From: Octopus sinensis
Taxonomy: Eukaryota
Reading direction: 5' to 3'
Length of the DNA: 64,000 bases
NCBI RefSeq assembly: GCF_006345805.1
Contig: NC_042998.1
Location: 111,662,001 to 111,726,000, forward strand
Shown here: positions 49,401-60,640 of the stretch, one piece after another
Numbering within the stretch: position 1 is the first letter of the stretch
Layout: each line of letters starts with the position of its first letter
Made by a program: the position numbers and the translations under genes
The notes under the pieces: generated by a model
The model's database searches: none
Seen by the model: the letters and a program-made list of their open reading frames with translations, nothing else
What the model was told of the DNA's origin: nothing

Positions 49401-52400
49401 GACTCTAAACAACATTGGTAGTGGGGTTCTGGTATGGGACATCTGGAGATTTTAGGAGTCTAGAACTATATCTTAGCCACTATTGTGTTCCCAAGGTGAC
49501 TTTGACCTGGAGTTGTAGCACCTGTTAGGGTTTCAGCTATGAGTTAACTAGCATGTGACCCATTAGGAGTAAAGAACCCATAGTTCATGTTAAAATTTTC
49601 TTGTAAGAAAAGATAAACCCGTATTAAAAACCTGAATTGCAGTTAGTTTTAGGCCGTCTCAACCTCTGTCGTGTTACTGGTTTTGTGCTGAAAAGTGGAT
49701 TCAGTGCCATACAACACTTTATCCACTCAACAAATTTACGCACAGAAAATTCTTGGATTCTTTGAATGTTTGCACGGACTTTCTGAGTTTAAGAAGTGGT
49801 CTTACTTGGTCACAAGTTGACTTCAACCATGTACGTATAGATGTATGTATGTGGTAGTCTTAATCCATTGCCCGGTCTTAAAAAAACATTTGTAACCTTG
49901 GCTGCTTTTAGCAGAGTCCACTTCGTGACAAGCATTTGGACCAGGTCTTGTTTGATGATAGTTACCTTCCCACCACCTGTCTCAGAAGCTCTGTAAAGGG
50001 TCGAGATCACTGCCTTGCTCCTAATTAAAAGAAATAGCAATTATATGCAATCACAGGAGAAGCTGTATTGTAAGAAGCTTGCTTTCGGTTGAAGATTTCA
50101 GTTGTGTTTGTTTTTGTGCTCTGTGAGTTGGCATTTTTATTGTTGAAACTCTGTTAATTATTGTAAACTGGTATTGAAAATTATTGTTGAAAATTGTTAT
50201 TGTGAACTGTTGCCTGTTTGCAGGCTTTGTTGGACTATTTATGCCCCAGTATTCTGGGGGAAAATGAAATTTTTGTAGCAATTTGGCATCTGTTTTGGAC
50301 TCTTTAACAGAGTTGTAATGTTATAATTTAGCCTTTGTAGGCATTGTTGAACTGCATCCCACCTCCAAACGGGGCTGCAGTTTGAACTGTTGTTCCTCTT
50401 GAGAGAAATTAATTTTTGAACTGAAGGTAAACCTATAATTTTTCTTTTGGAAAAAAAACTATCTTCAGCCGTTTTTTTGGCTTTGTTGAGCTGTGCCCTG
50501 ACAGTGATGGGATTTAACTCTATATTCCTTGTGAAAGGAAAACATTTCTGAACTGTGTTTTTGTGTTCCTTTTGTTAATTTATCTCTACCGAAATGTCAG
50601 TTGAGATAATTAGAGAAAAATGCTCTCTAGAAGAGAGTGAAGCTTTGGAGGCTAACCAGACCCCCAAAAAATTACCAAGGGCTTTGCGGCAGTTGCCGTA
50701 ATACATACTGAAAATCTGAAGATCCCATTTGGGGACCTCCAGGAGATGTTCAAGAGGATGTCGGAGGTGGAGGGCAATGTTAAAATATTGCCTCCTACTG
50801 ATGCAACAGCAGAAATAATAAAAAGAACTGTTATATTTAAAACATTTTGCGCAAAGGAAGAGAAATGGCACACATGGACCAGGATAAAATTGAGAAATGT
50901 CTTGCCCCAATTTGGAATGACATTATGTATATCTCAAGAGGGAGAAAATTTGGCACAGTAGAAGCTAGGTTTATGACAGCAGAGATGGCCCACGAGCACT
51001 CTGTCAGCCCTTTAAAAACAAATGAAGTGGTGCTTCTGCCAACCTATATGGGGCGGTGCATGTCCTGTGTTAAGGTGGCAGAAGTACTGCTGGAAATTGA
51101 AGCTGTGTGAATGATGGCCACCCTGTTATTTAACAGAGAGGACAAAATTAATGTCCTACAAGTGACACGCTCTGCCCCACCATAATTGGCTCAGGTAGAG
51201 CATCATGGCTATCATCCAAGTAGCTCCAAAAGATCTTGAAAACATTCCTAATAGTGTGCTCATGGGTGAGGACATTGTCCTGAAAATTCAGGTGGAGGGA
51301 AAGAAGTCAAGGTGCTTCATATGTAGTCAAAAGGGGCACATAAGGGCCAATTGTGACTCCAAGAAAAAGGAAGGACAAACCTCGACACAAGAGGAAGAAT
51401 ATTCATAGGCCCAAACATCTGTAATTACATCCACACCCGGCCCCTCACAAATCAAAAAACTACCCCAAACCCACACACACGCCAGCCCCATCACTAGCAA
51501 AAACATCCACTCCCCCAACTGCAGTGCCCACACAAGTCCCCAAACAAATGCTTCAAAAGCTCCAACCCATGCATACACCAGTCCTGACAACAAAGATAAC
51601 CACCCCCTCAACGTCGATGGCCCCTGATAACAAAAGTGTAACTCTTTCAGATGACACCATGGAAGTAGTCAAGGCAGAGTTCACTGCTGTACAACACTCA
51701 GCCAAAGACTATTGTCCCAATCCCCATCCATATCCCCTACAAAATCAGAAAACCTTGCAATACAGTCAATTAAAAAAAAAAACCACCCAACCATCCCAGA
51801 AAAACCAGGGGATAAAAGGATTTTGGTCGAGTTCGGTCCAAAGGAAAAATACACAAATGATGTGATTGCACCACACTACAGTATTATATCCAAAGCACAA
51901 GGCCTAGCCTAGACAATGTGCCTAGATAGAAGAAACATCTAGCCCCTACATCACCAATGAAAAAGTAAGTAGAACCTTTACTTAAACTGACATCACTTAA
52001 CCTTGGTTGTTTAAATGTGCATGGTCTGACCTCCAAGTGGAAGCAAGCATATTTCCTTAATGGCCTCAAATCACATAATGTACATGTGATGGTTGCTACA
52101 GAGACCAAGCTGGATAGGCTACAAACCTTCTCAGCTCTCCTGAATGGCTATGAAAAAATCATGTCTCCTGGCCAGACTGGAGGTCGTGGGGGTGTAGTAG
52201 TCCTGGTCCGAAAAGCTTGGCTCTGCAGACAAGTACAGTCTTTGTGGACCTTGAAGGTGGGCTGGTCATCCTTGACATGACATACAGCAACAAAGCCTTC
52301 AGTTTGATAAGTATTTACGTGCCTTGTGCAAGAAGGCAGCAAACTGACTTTTATCAGCACTTAGAGAACTTTCTCATGACATCCAAGACATTACATTATT

Positions 52401-52439
52401 TACATTTGATGGCTATTTGTCCTCATCTTGTTTGTTGTT

Positions 52440-52485
52440 AACACAACATTTCGGCTGATATACCCTCCAGCCTTCATCAGGTGTC
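52440..52485 (-). ncRNA. Minimal type I hammerhead ribozyme-like motif, second arm
   Basis: Minus strand GACAC-CTGATGA-A-GGCTG...CAGCC-GAAAT-GTT-GTGTT; perfect stem II, C-to-T change in stem III. Confidence 0.5.
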
Positions 52486-52791
52486 TTAGGGAAATTTCAA
52501 ACCTGGGTTCTCATTCCTAAAGTATTTTTCGATGTTATTTTTATTATTCGGGTCACTGCCTGGAATCAAACTTGGATTCTTGGGGTTAGTAGCCCATGCT
52601 TTTAACCACTACGCCATATGCCCATGGTTATGGCATATGGCGTAGTTGTTAAGAGCACAGGCTACTAACCCCAAGAATCCAAGTTTGATTCCAGGCAGTG
52701 ACCTGAATAATCATCATCATCATCTAATAATAATAATAGTAACATCAAAAAATACCTTAAGAATGAGAACCAAGGTTCCAAATTACCCCAA

Positions 52792-52837
52792 GACACCTGA
52801 TGAAGGCTGGAGGGTATATCAGCTGAAACGTTGTGTT
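52792..52837 (+). ncRNA. Minimal type I hammerhead ribozyme-like motif (Penelope type)
   Basis: GACAC-CTGATGA-A-GGCTG(loop GAGGGTATAT)CAGCT-GAAAC-GTT-GTGTT: stem I GACAC/GTGTT, stem II GGCTG/CAGCT, palindromic AACGTT stem III. Confidence 0.55.
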
Positions 52838-55439
52838 AACAACAAACAAGATGAGGACAAATATCTGTCAAATGTAAATAATGTACATAATCCCTCATCT
52901 CTTAAATATAGAACTGTATTATCCAAGACATTAGTTGTGTTAGGAGACTACTATGCTATCCTGGATGCATGCCTGGATAGCTGTGACTTGATTGGTAGGA
53001 GTGTTAACTTACACCTCATCGATCTGCTTAAGTGTTTTCAGCTGGCAGATCGTTACAGACTTGAGCACCTGAAGGTCCCAGTGTGGACCTGGATGAATGG
53101 CAACAGGAAGCTCAAGTCTTACTTAGACAGGATAGTTATAAGGATTAGAGATAAGTCTAGCTTCAGCTGTCCACAGTTTGTTCATGTTGCCTACACTGAC
53201 CATAAAATGGTTAAGTGTAGGCTGAACATAGATAGGGCTCATAGACAGGGTTCCAGCTTCTGGAAGCTGAAGAAGTCAATTTTGGTTTGTGAGGCATACC
53301 ATAACCGGATTAGGAATCAGTGAAAAGGGCATTAACCGGCACTGTGATAAATAACCAGTGGTAGTTTGCCCTGAAAAGAGCCATACATTTTGAGTCTATT
53401 AGATTTAGCCATCAGCTAAGTTTAGATAAGCTAGAATAGAATGAAACCTACTTAAGGCTTTAGAAGAGGCATTGAGATTGGGCTCTGCATCCTAAATTCT
53501 GGAAGCGAGAACAGCCTTGGATGGTCACCTCAAAGTCAAACATGAGGGATGCAGGGTTCGGGCTAAAGTATGTGCATTGGACTGCGAGAGTATTAATGTT
53601 GCCAGGTGGGCCCATACGGTAGAGACCCAGCGAGGCAACGATGACATAATCAGTTCTTTGATTGACGTAAATGAACGTTTGGTCAAAGTTACAGGAGGAG
53701 ATGTGTGAGGTACTTTACAAGCACTTCGCCAAGTTGTTCGGGAGGAGTGGGATGCTAGACCATGGTGAGGCCCTACAGGACTTCCTCACTGGTGGCCCGC
53801 ATCTCTTGGCATGAGAAGCTGAGTGCTGTGAGGGGCCAATTACAGCTGCAGAGATATTGGCTCTTGAGTCATTGCAGAAATTGGAGGTGCTAGGGAGCAT
53901 GCCACATGATCTGTGGTGTGGAAGAGGAGCTACTGCATATGCAGATGACATCTCCATCATGGTGTCTGAAGAAGGGCAGCTTTCTTATGTGGAAAACACC
54001 ATTAAAAGATATGAGACGGTGGCAGGAGCAAGTCAGTCAGCTTGCAACCCGGCACCTGGAGGGGCAAGTCGATGTCGGCTAATAACGTTGTGGGGTGTTG
54101 GACGGAAGGTCTGGTTAAGTTGCTAGGTGTCTGGTTCTGTCCAGACCTCCAGATAGCGAATAATTGGAGCGAGGTCACGGGCAAGGTGACTGCCCTAACC
54201 CAGAATTGGTCTGAGCGGACGTTATCCTTACTAGGGAGGGCGAAGGTGGTGCAGATGTTCATAGCATCTGTCATCACCTACCACCTGACCGTTGTGTCTT
54301 TCCCCGTTTTGTGACTGAACAAGTTGGAAAGAATCCTTTTCCGCTTTTTGTGGAAGGGTAGAAAGCCACTTGTGAAGTGCTTTGTCTGCTGTCAAAAACC
54401 ACTAAACGGTGGACTAGAGATGCTTTGGCTGAAGATGTGAAGATTCGCGTTAAGGTTGAGTCACTTCTGGCTTTACCTGGATGGGGAGCAGGTGTGGTCA
54501 CCGCACATAAGGTTCTACCTTCCACAGTTGACATCCTAAATGGATATTGGTCCATGAATCAAACAACGACCTAGGCTGGGAGACTGGCAATTGGAGTGCT
54601 GTCAGGCACTCCAAGTACTCTTTCAGGCAGGCAATACCAACAACAGGAGTTCCACTACAGATTTCTATAGTGGGTTAGCGGAATTTACCTCAGACGATGT
54701 CCTGGGGAAGACCCAGGGTTTCGATGGAAATCAGTTGATCAACCTGTTCAAGAGAACTTTCAGGCCTGGGTATCTAGATAATTACCAGAAATCCATGGCT
54801 TGGCAGTGCTGCCATTTGGCTTTGCCTGTTCGAGACAAGCTGTCAAGGCACAGAAGTGCCATCTCGCCAACATGCCCGAGGTGCGGGCAGGACAGAGAAA
54901 CTGTCTTGCATGCCTTTGTGTTGTGTCCGGAATTATCGAGCTTTTGTCGAGCAACTGTTGTCAACGATGGCATGAGTACAGCTATCGGCTGAGTCTATTA
55001 TCAAGATTGTACCTCCTCCTTCCCTTAACAAGGAAAGGAAGGCTTGTTTTTTTTTTTTTTTGCGTAGTAGCCATACTGAAAGAAACAGTATGGAAAACGC
55101 ATGTAAGAGGAATAGTGACGAGTACCTTCGTCTCTGGCCAAGGGTTGGTTAACTTCTTTAGTTACCACCTCAATAGCAAGAGATACCTGTCACAGGATAT
55201 GTTCGCGAAAAGATGGAAGCAAGTAGTGAACAACCTGCGAGTGACTGGAACCAGGTAAGTGGGGCCAGAAGGAAAAGTAAGGGTTCGAACCTTTCCTTCA
55301 GTCACATATTGCAAAATTTGCAAAGATCATCAAGTTTATATTGAAATTTTTAAAAGGAAAAGAAAATGATATAATTTTTAACTGTACGTCTGTCCTTGTT
55401 TGCCCCATCTATGTACGGCTTTCACAGCCAATTAATGAA

Positions 55440-55800
55440 ATAAAGAAGCTTGCTTCCCAACCACATGGTTCTGGGTTCAGTCTCACAGCGTGGCACCTTG
55501 GGCAAGTGTTTTCTATTATACCGTCGGGCCGACCAAAGCTTTCTGAGAGGATTTGGTAGACGGAAACTGAAAAAAGCCCGTCGTGTATATACGTGTGTGA
55601 GTGTCTTCATGCTTGCGCTTGACAACCGGTGTTGGCGTGTTTACGTACCCCTAACTTAGCGGGTCGGCAAAAGAGACCGATAGAATAAATACTAGGCTTA
55701 AAAAATAAGTCCAGTGGTCGATTCGTTCGACTAAAACCCTTCAAGGCGGCGCTCCAGCATGGCCGCAATCATATGGCTGAGACGGATGAAAGAAAAAAGA
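55440..55800 (+). mobile_element. tRNA-headed SINE family C
   Basis: AGCTTGCTTCCCAACCACATGGTTCTGGGTTCAGTC...TTTGGTAGACGGAAACTGAA...GCTCCAGCATGGCCGCA, A-rich tail. Confidence 0.8.
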
Positions 55801-57639
55801 ATAATTTAAATTCTGATTTTAAAAAATTGTAATGTAAATAACTGTTTAAATCAGAAGTAGTGCATTCATACATAATCTTTAATGGGTATGATTCAACAAA
55901 ACGTATTCTAAAAAGTTCATTCAAAGACGTTTGACTATGAAGGCAATTGCACAGAATGGAAATAGAATCATTTTTCGATGGAAACAGTTTAAGTTAGAAT
56001 ATATCACGTCACCATGTGAGCCACAAATTTAGTCACTCAACCTATAAGAAATAGCGACCAAGTACATATCAAGACAATTACCCCTTTCCCCCACAGGACA
56101 GTTCCCCCGACGATAACTATCCTCCAGGACAATTTGCCCCTCTCTAATATATTAAGAAGTTTTAAATCATCATCTGTTGTCCTCAGGGGTAACTGTTCGG
56201 GAGGGGGGTTATTGTTTATGGGGGTGGGATAAATGTCCTAGACTCACCAAATCAAACCTTACTGTCGTAAAAGGGGGAATTTATTTTGAGTAATAGAGAC
56301 CTAAATTCATAATTCCTGAAAAAAGACCGTGTAGTCACGGTTGGACTCCATTTGATCGTAGCTTTGCTTCGTCAGAGTTGATTTTGAAGTTAAGCAAAAA
56401 CAACAACAGATCTGCATGAGTAATCAAAATATAATTTTCTATGGACTTAATTTGGAGAAAATCCCGACCGTCATGTCTAATTAACAATCAAGACTATAAC
56501 TGTTATTGTAACTGGAAGTTTTGACTCTGAGACTCCTCAGATGGATGAAATCCTTACAGTTTTCTTGCCTTATGACTCTTTCGACGCACACTACTGCAAC
56601 AGAACATCATGACTCCTATAAACTGCAAAATAAAGCAGAATATTCTACATCAAGAACACAATTTCATTACTTTCCGACTCGCATCCATACTCTAAACATT
56701 ATGTGCTATTTTATTCTGGTCTATCAAACTGGCTATATTTCCATCTACGGAAATCGAATAAAATAATTTTATCTGCTAGACTACATTTTGTTATTTTGGT
56801 CAAATTTGTTTTCAACACCACCACAAAACTGATCGTTTCTTTCTTTTTTGTTTTTTATTTTATTTTAAGGGCTTGGTTAGCGGAGGTAGGGCAGCCCTTA
56901 AAACCCACTTTAGAACCTAGGAGATGGAGAAGGCTATTCTCAGACACCAGATACTTGGCTCGGACGCTTTCAACGAAGCACCACCACACAAAAAAAAAAA
57001 AAAAGCAGTGGCTTTAAACCAGGCAACAAATTAAGTTTACCAGCCAAAAACTGGAATGATCCTCCGATGAGGGTTTGCTCAACCCCGGATTCTTGTAGAG
57101 AACATTTTCTGAAGGTGTCACACAAAGAGATCGACCCCGAAACTACGTGCTGTGATGTAAACGTCTTAACCACACAGACTTGTCCATAATTAAATAATGA
57201 CTGTTGTTATTTTTTCTGACGTTACTTAAAATAAACTGATCAATCATGTTAAACAGCTTTAATTAAAATAAAGTATTGTGGTATGAGTTATTGTATTTGT
57301 AGCATAGCTAGTCGTATTCCCTACATGTTTAATTTCAGTAATATTAATTAACTTGTTTCTTTCTTCTGACATTCTTGTACACATAAACAATTAACAAACA
57401 AATCAAAAGATAAGAAACAAATGCCAGATTACATAAGAACTTTTTTTTTCTTTTGTAATTAATTAGTGTAAAGGCGGTAGCGTGACGGGTTCAATATTAG
57501 ACAAAATAGCTTGTGCAATTTATGTTCTCTGTCAAATCCCATTGACTTTGTCTTTCACCTTACGATATTGATAGAACAAAGTACTAGAAAATATTAAATT
57601 CTCCCACCAATTCTGGGGCTTTATTCCAATCTTAGAAAT

Positions 57640-58050
57640 TGTTATTACATGATTAACTGAACAGCCAATTATACTAGCGGTAGCAAAGACAGAGGAGAAC
57701 CGTCAGAGGCTCATGTATGTCATTTAGCGAAGGAATAGCCCTTCCCTGGATGTTGCCCAGTATGTAGCAGTAGCAACGTACCAACTGTGGAGGCAATATT
57801 CCGTTGCGGGCCCACTTGATCCTTGTAGAGTGTTAGTAGTTGATGAGAGCTGAAATATCTTCTGGTCTTAGAGAGCAGGGCTAGTCTTTAAGATGCCATC
57901 CTCGCTACGCTAAAGATTGGATTTTACTAGAAAAGACCCTCGTTGTTGAGGCCCTGCATTTAGAGTATAACGGAGGTGATAAGTGAGGGAAATGTCGAAA
58001 ATGATATACTACTTGAGATAAAATGAACTGGTAAGCGACGATTTATTTTC
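57640..58050 (-). mobile_element. CR1/L2-type LINE C-terminal fragment
   Basis: Minus strand LSKTRRYFSSHQLLTLYKDQV...EYCLHSW...IQGRAI (LxxLYKxQVRPxxEY motif). Confidence 0.6.
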
Positions 58051-58762
58051 AGTTATAAAATACAATGATTGCCATACATGAAATAACATAACATAACAGG
58101 TTACAACAAGGATGTGTGAGAGACTTCGTGGTAAGGTTGGACTGTTGACAAAGTTGAGGTACTGTTTGGTGGTGTGTAGAGGCATGCTGCTCTGTTAGTC
58201 GTGTTGTCTTCATACAGCAACGATGTGGGCAGGTGTCTGGTGTAGATGAAAGAGGAAATTGGCTGGTGTCAGATACATCGTTGCCGGAGACGAGTTGCGT
58301 TTGGTCAGTAGTGAGTGCCAAAGACGAAGCGTAGTCGAGAACTGCCGTTCATATGGGGAATAGTAGGCTCCCAGGATACTGGACACTGGATGGTTTCCGT
58401 GTTGAAGCTCCTAGGAGCTTGTTCACGGGTCATTTTCAACTAGTACAATTAATTTGGGATCTTTTCACTTTCGTAAAAGTGAAAAGATCCTTAATTTGTC
58501 TTGTATGGTACAACACTTCGACAGTTGTAGCTAATAGTAACAAACAGGGTCAAATTTTGCAGAAGCTGGTGATTAATTTCCTGCGTAAGGAAAAACAAAC
58601 TGTTGCGCCAACGCGGTTGGACAGCTGGAACCCGACCAATACAAATAACAGGTTCGTTTAATCACGAGGTCATGTGACCTGCTGGAACGAAAAGGGCTTG
58701 TGGAGCCGCTATTCGGGTATTTAAGCCTAGATGAGTCAAAACGAAAACATCTCACACATAAT

Positions 58763-59145
58763 AAGCGGCACTCTGTCGGTTACGACGACGAGGGTTCCAG
58801 TTGATCCAATCAACGAAACAGCCTGCTCGTGAAATTAACGTGTAAGTGGCTGAGCACTCCACAGACACATGTACCCTTAATGTAGTTCTCGGGGAGATTC
58901 AGCGTGACACAGTGTGTGACAAGGCTGGCCCTTTGAAATACAGGCACAAGAGAAACAGGAAGAAAGTGATAGAAATTTGTGGTGAAAGAGTACAGCAGGG
59001 TTCACTACTACCCCCTGCCGGAGCCTCGTGGAGCTTTACGTGTTTTCGCTCAATAAACACTCACAACTCTCGGTCTGGGAATCGAAACCGCGATCCTACG
59101 ACCGCGAGTCCACTGCCCTAACCACTGGGCCATTGCGCCTCCACA
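58763..59145 (-). mobile_element. tRNA-headed SINE family B (same head as 4625, different tail)
   Basis: Reverse complement of GGAGGCGCAATGGCCCAGTGGTTAGGGCAG; TSD ATCTC(A/G)CACATAAT at 58749-58762 and 59146-59159. Confidence 0.9.
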
Positions 59146-59289
59146 ATCTCGCACATAATGACAGTGTAAATCACTTCTGCTACAGTCACTCCCCTGCCAG
59201 AACATTTGCGGCCGGTTTCAGCTTTGCCTGAGGATAACTACAATGTATAGCAACATTTGCTCAGAAGTCGAGGTAAATAGTAATCTATA

Positions 59290-59830
59290 GGAATTGTTTA
59301 GTATTATGTGTACGGTTCGTCAGCCCTCTCGCCCCTTCTCTGGTGCAAGACCAGACTAGACCTCCATATTTATATATGAACTGAGAAAATGGAGCGAGAG
59401 GAAGGTATCCCTAAAGGATTAGGTGAAAATGGTAAACGCCTACATCGCATTCGTCATCAACTACTGCCTAGCAGTCGTCTCTTACCCTGCTTCATAACTA
59501 ACCAGACTGGAGCCCTTGTTCTTCCACTTTCTATGGAGGGGATAGGTTCCGCTGGTTAGACGAGCCATTTGCCGATAACCACTGCATGAAGGGTTGGTAT
59601 GGTGGGCTAATAATGTGCAGGCATGCGCTGAGACTACGTCTCCAGCATTTACTGGACTATGAGCAATAGTGGTAGAGGTTTGTCAGACGGGTATTTTTTC
59701 AAACTGTTCTGAGACAGAATTTCGGTCCTGGATCAAGTATAGATCGAGACAGGGTGCTAGCACCTACAAAGTCGTTAGGCGCTCACACCCTTCTGCTAGC
59801 GGATAATGTAGTCGGTCGAAGCTCTACTAT
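59290..59830 (+). mobile_element. Second, diverged Tx1/L1 ORF2 fragment
   Basis: SLKG*VKMVNAYIAFVINYCLAVVSYPAS*LTRLEPLFFHFLWRG*VPLVRRAIC parallels 54220-54390. Confidence 0.7.
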
Positions 59831-59969
59831 AGCGTTCTACAGAGAATTAGAGGTGGGCAAAGTGATGACGTCTTTGGCGAGACCCTCGACGTTGTAAATT
59901 AACTGGCTGGTCAATTCTGGAGGGTTTGTTTCATGGCCTATTGATAATTGGAGATAATTGTTATAAAAG

Positions 59970-60640
59970 CAATGGTTGGCAGAATCGTTAGAGCGTCGAA
60001 CAAAATGCTTTATGGTATTTCTTCCAACTCTACTCTTGAGTTCGAATCCCGCCAAAGTCAACTGTATCTTCCATCCTTTCGCGGTGGGGTGGGGTCCGAT
60101 AAAATAAAGTACTAGCCATGTATTGAGATCAATATAATCGTACGGCGGCGAGCTGGCAGAATTGTTACTGCGCCGTACAAAATGCTTATCGGCATTTCTT
60201 CCGACTTCACGTTCTGAGTTCAAATTCCACCAGGGTCGATTTTGACTTTCATCCTTTCTGGGTCCATAAGATAAGTACAACACTGGGATCGGTAAGACAA
60301 GTACCAGTTAAGCACTGAGGTCCATGTAATCGACTTAACCCTCTCAAGAAATTGCTGGCCTTGTGTCAAAATTTGAAACCAATATAATCGATTAACTCCT
60401 CTCCTCGAAAGTGCTGAGTTTATACCTAAATTAGAAACAATTATTCGAGTCCGGTAAAGGCAGCATGCGAGCAAATTGGTTATAACGTTGGGGAAAATGC
60501 TTCGCAGTATTTTTGTGCTGGTTCTTTACATAGTGAGTTCAAATTTTGCTAAGGTTAGCTTTGCCTTTCATCCCTCCTGGAATAAAATAAAATACCACTC
60601 AAAATTACTGGCCCTGTGCCAGTAATATTGGAAAACATAA
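59970..60640 (+). mobile_element. Cluster of three tandem SINE family A copies
   Basis: Heads at about 59973, 60142 and 60460 with GAGTTC(G/A)AAT B-box-like motifs. Confidence 0.82.

Larger units (their letters stand above)
52394..52920. mobile_element. Head-to-head inverted dimer of a tRNA-headed SINE (family E) inserted as a single unit
   Basis: Arms meet at GCCATATGCCC-ATGGTTAT-GGCATATGGC; single TSD ATCCAAGACATTA at 52381-52393 and 52921-52933; removing the insert restores the LINE frame LMTSKTLVVLGD. Confidence 0.9.
50594..55260 (+). mobile_element. Tx1/L1-clade LINE, near full length, inactivated
   Basis: ORF1 with CFICSQKGHIRANC knuckle. ORF2: APE LNLGCLNVHGL...ATETKL...VLGDY...SYLDRI...TDHKMV...FWKL; RT AYADDISIMV; LFRFLWKG; C-terminal CPRCGQDRETVLHAFVLC. 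Confidence 0.9.

Noticed and set aside
58457-58490. Intrinsic (rho-independent) terminator
   Set aside because: Eukaryotic genome and no downstream U-tract; kept only as a hairpin observation
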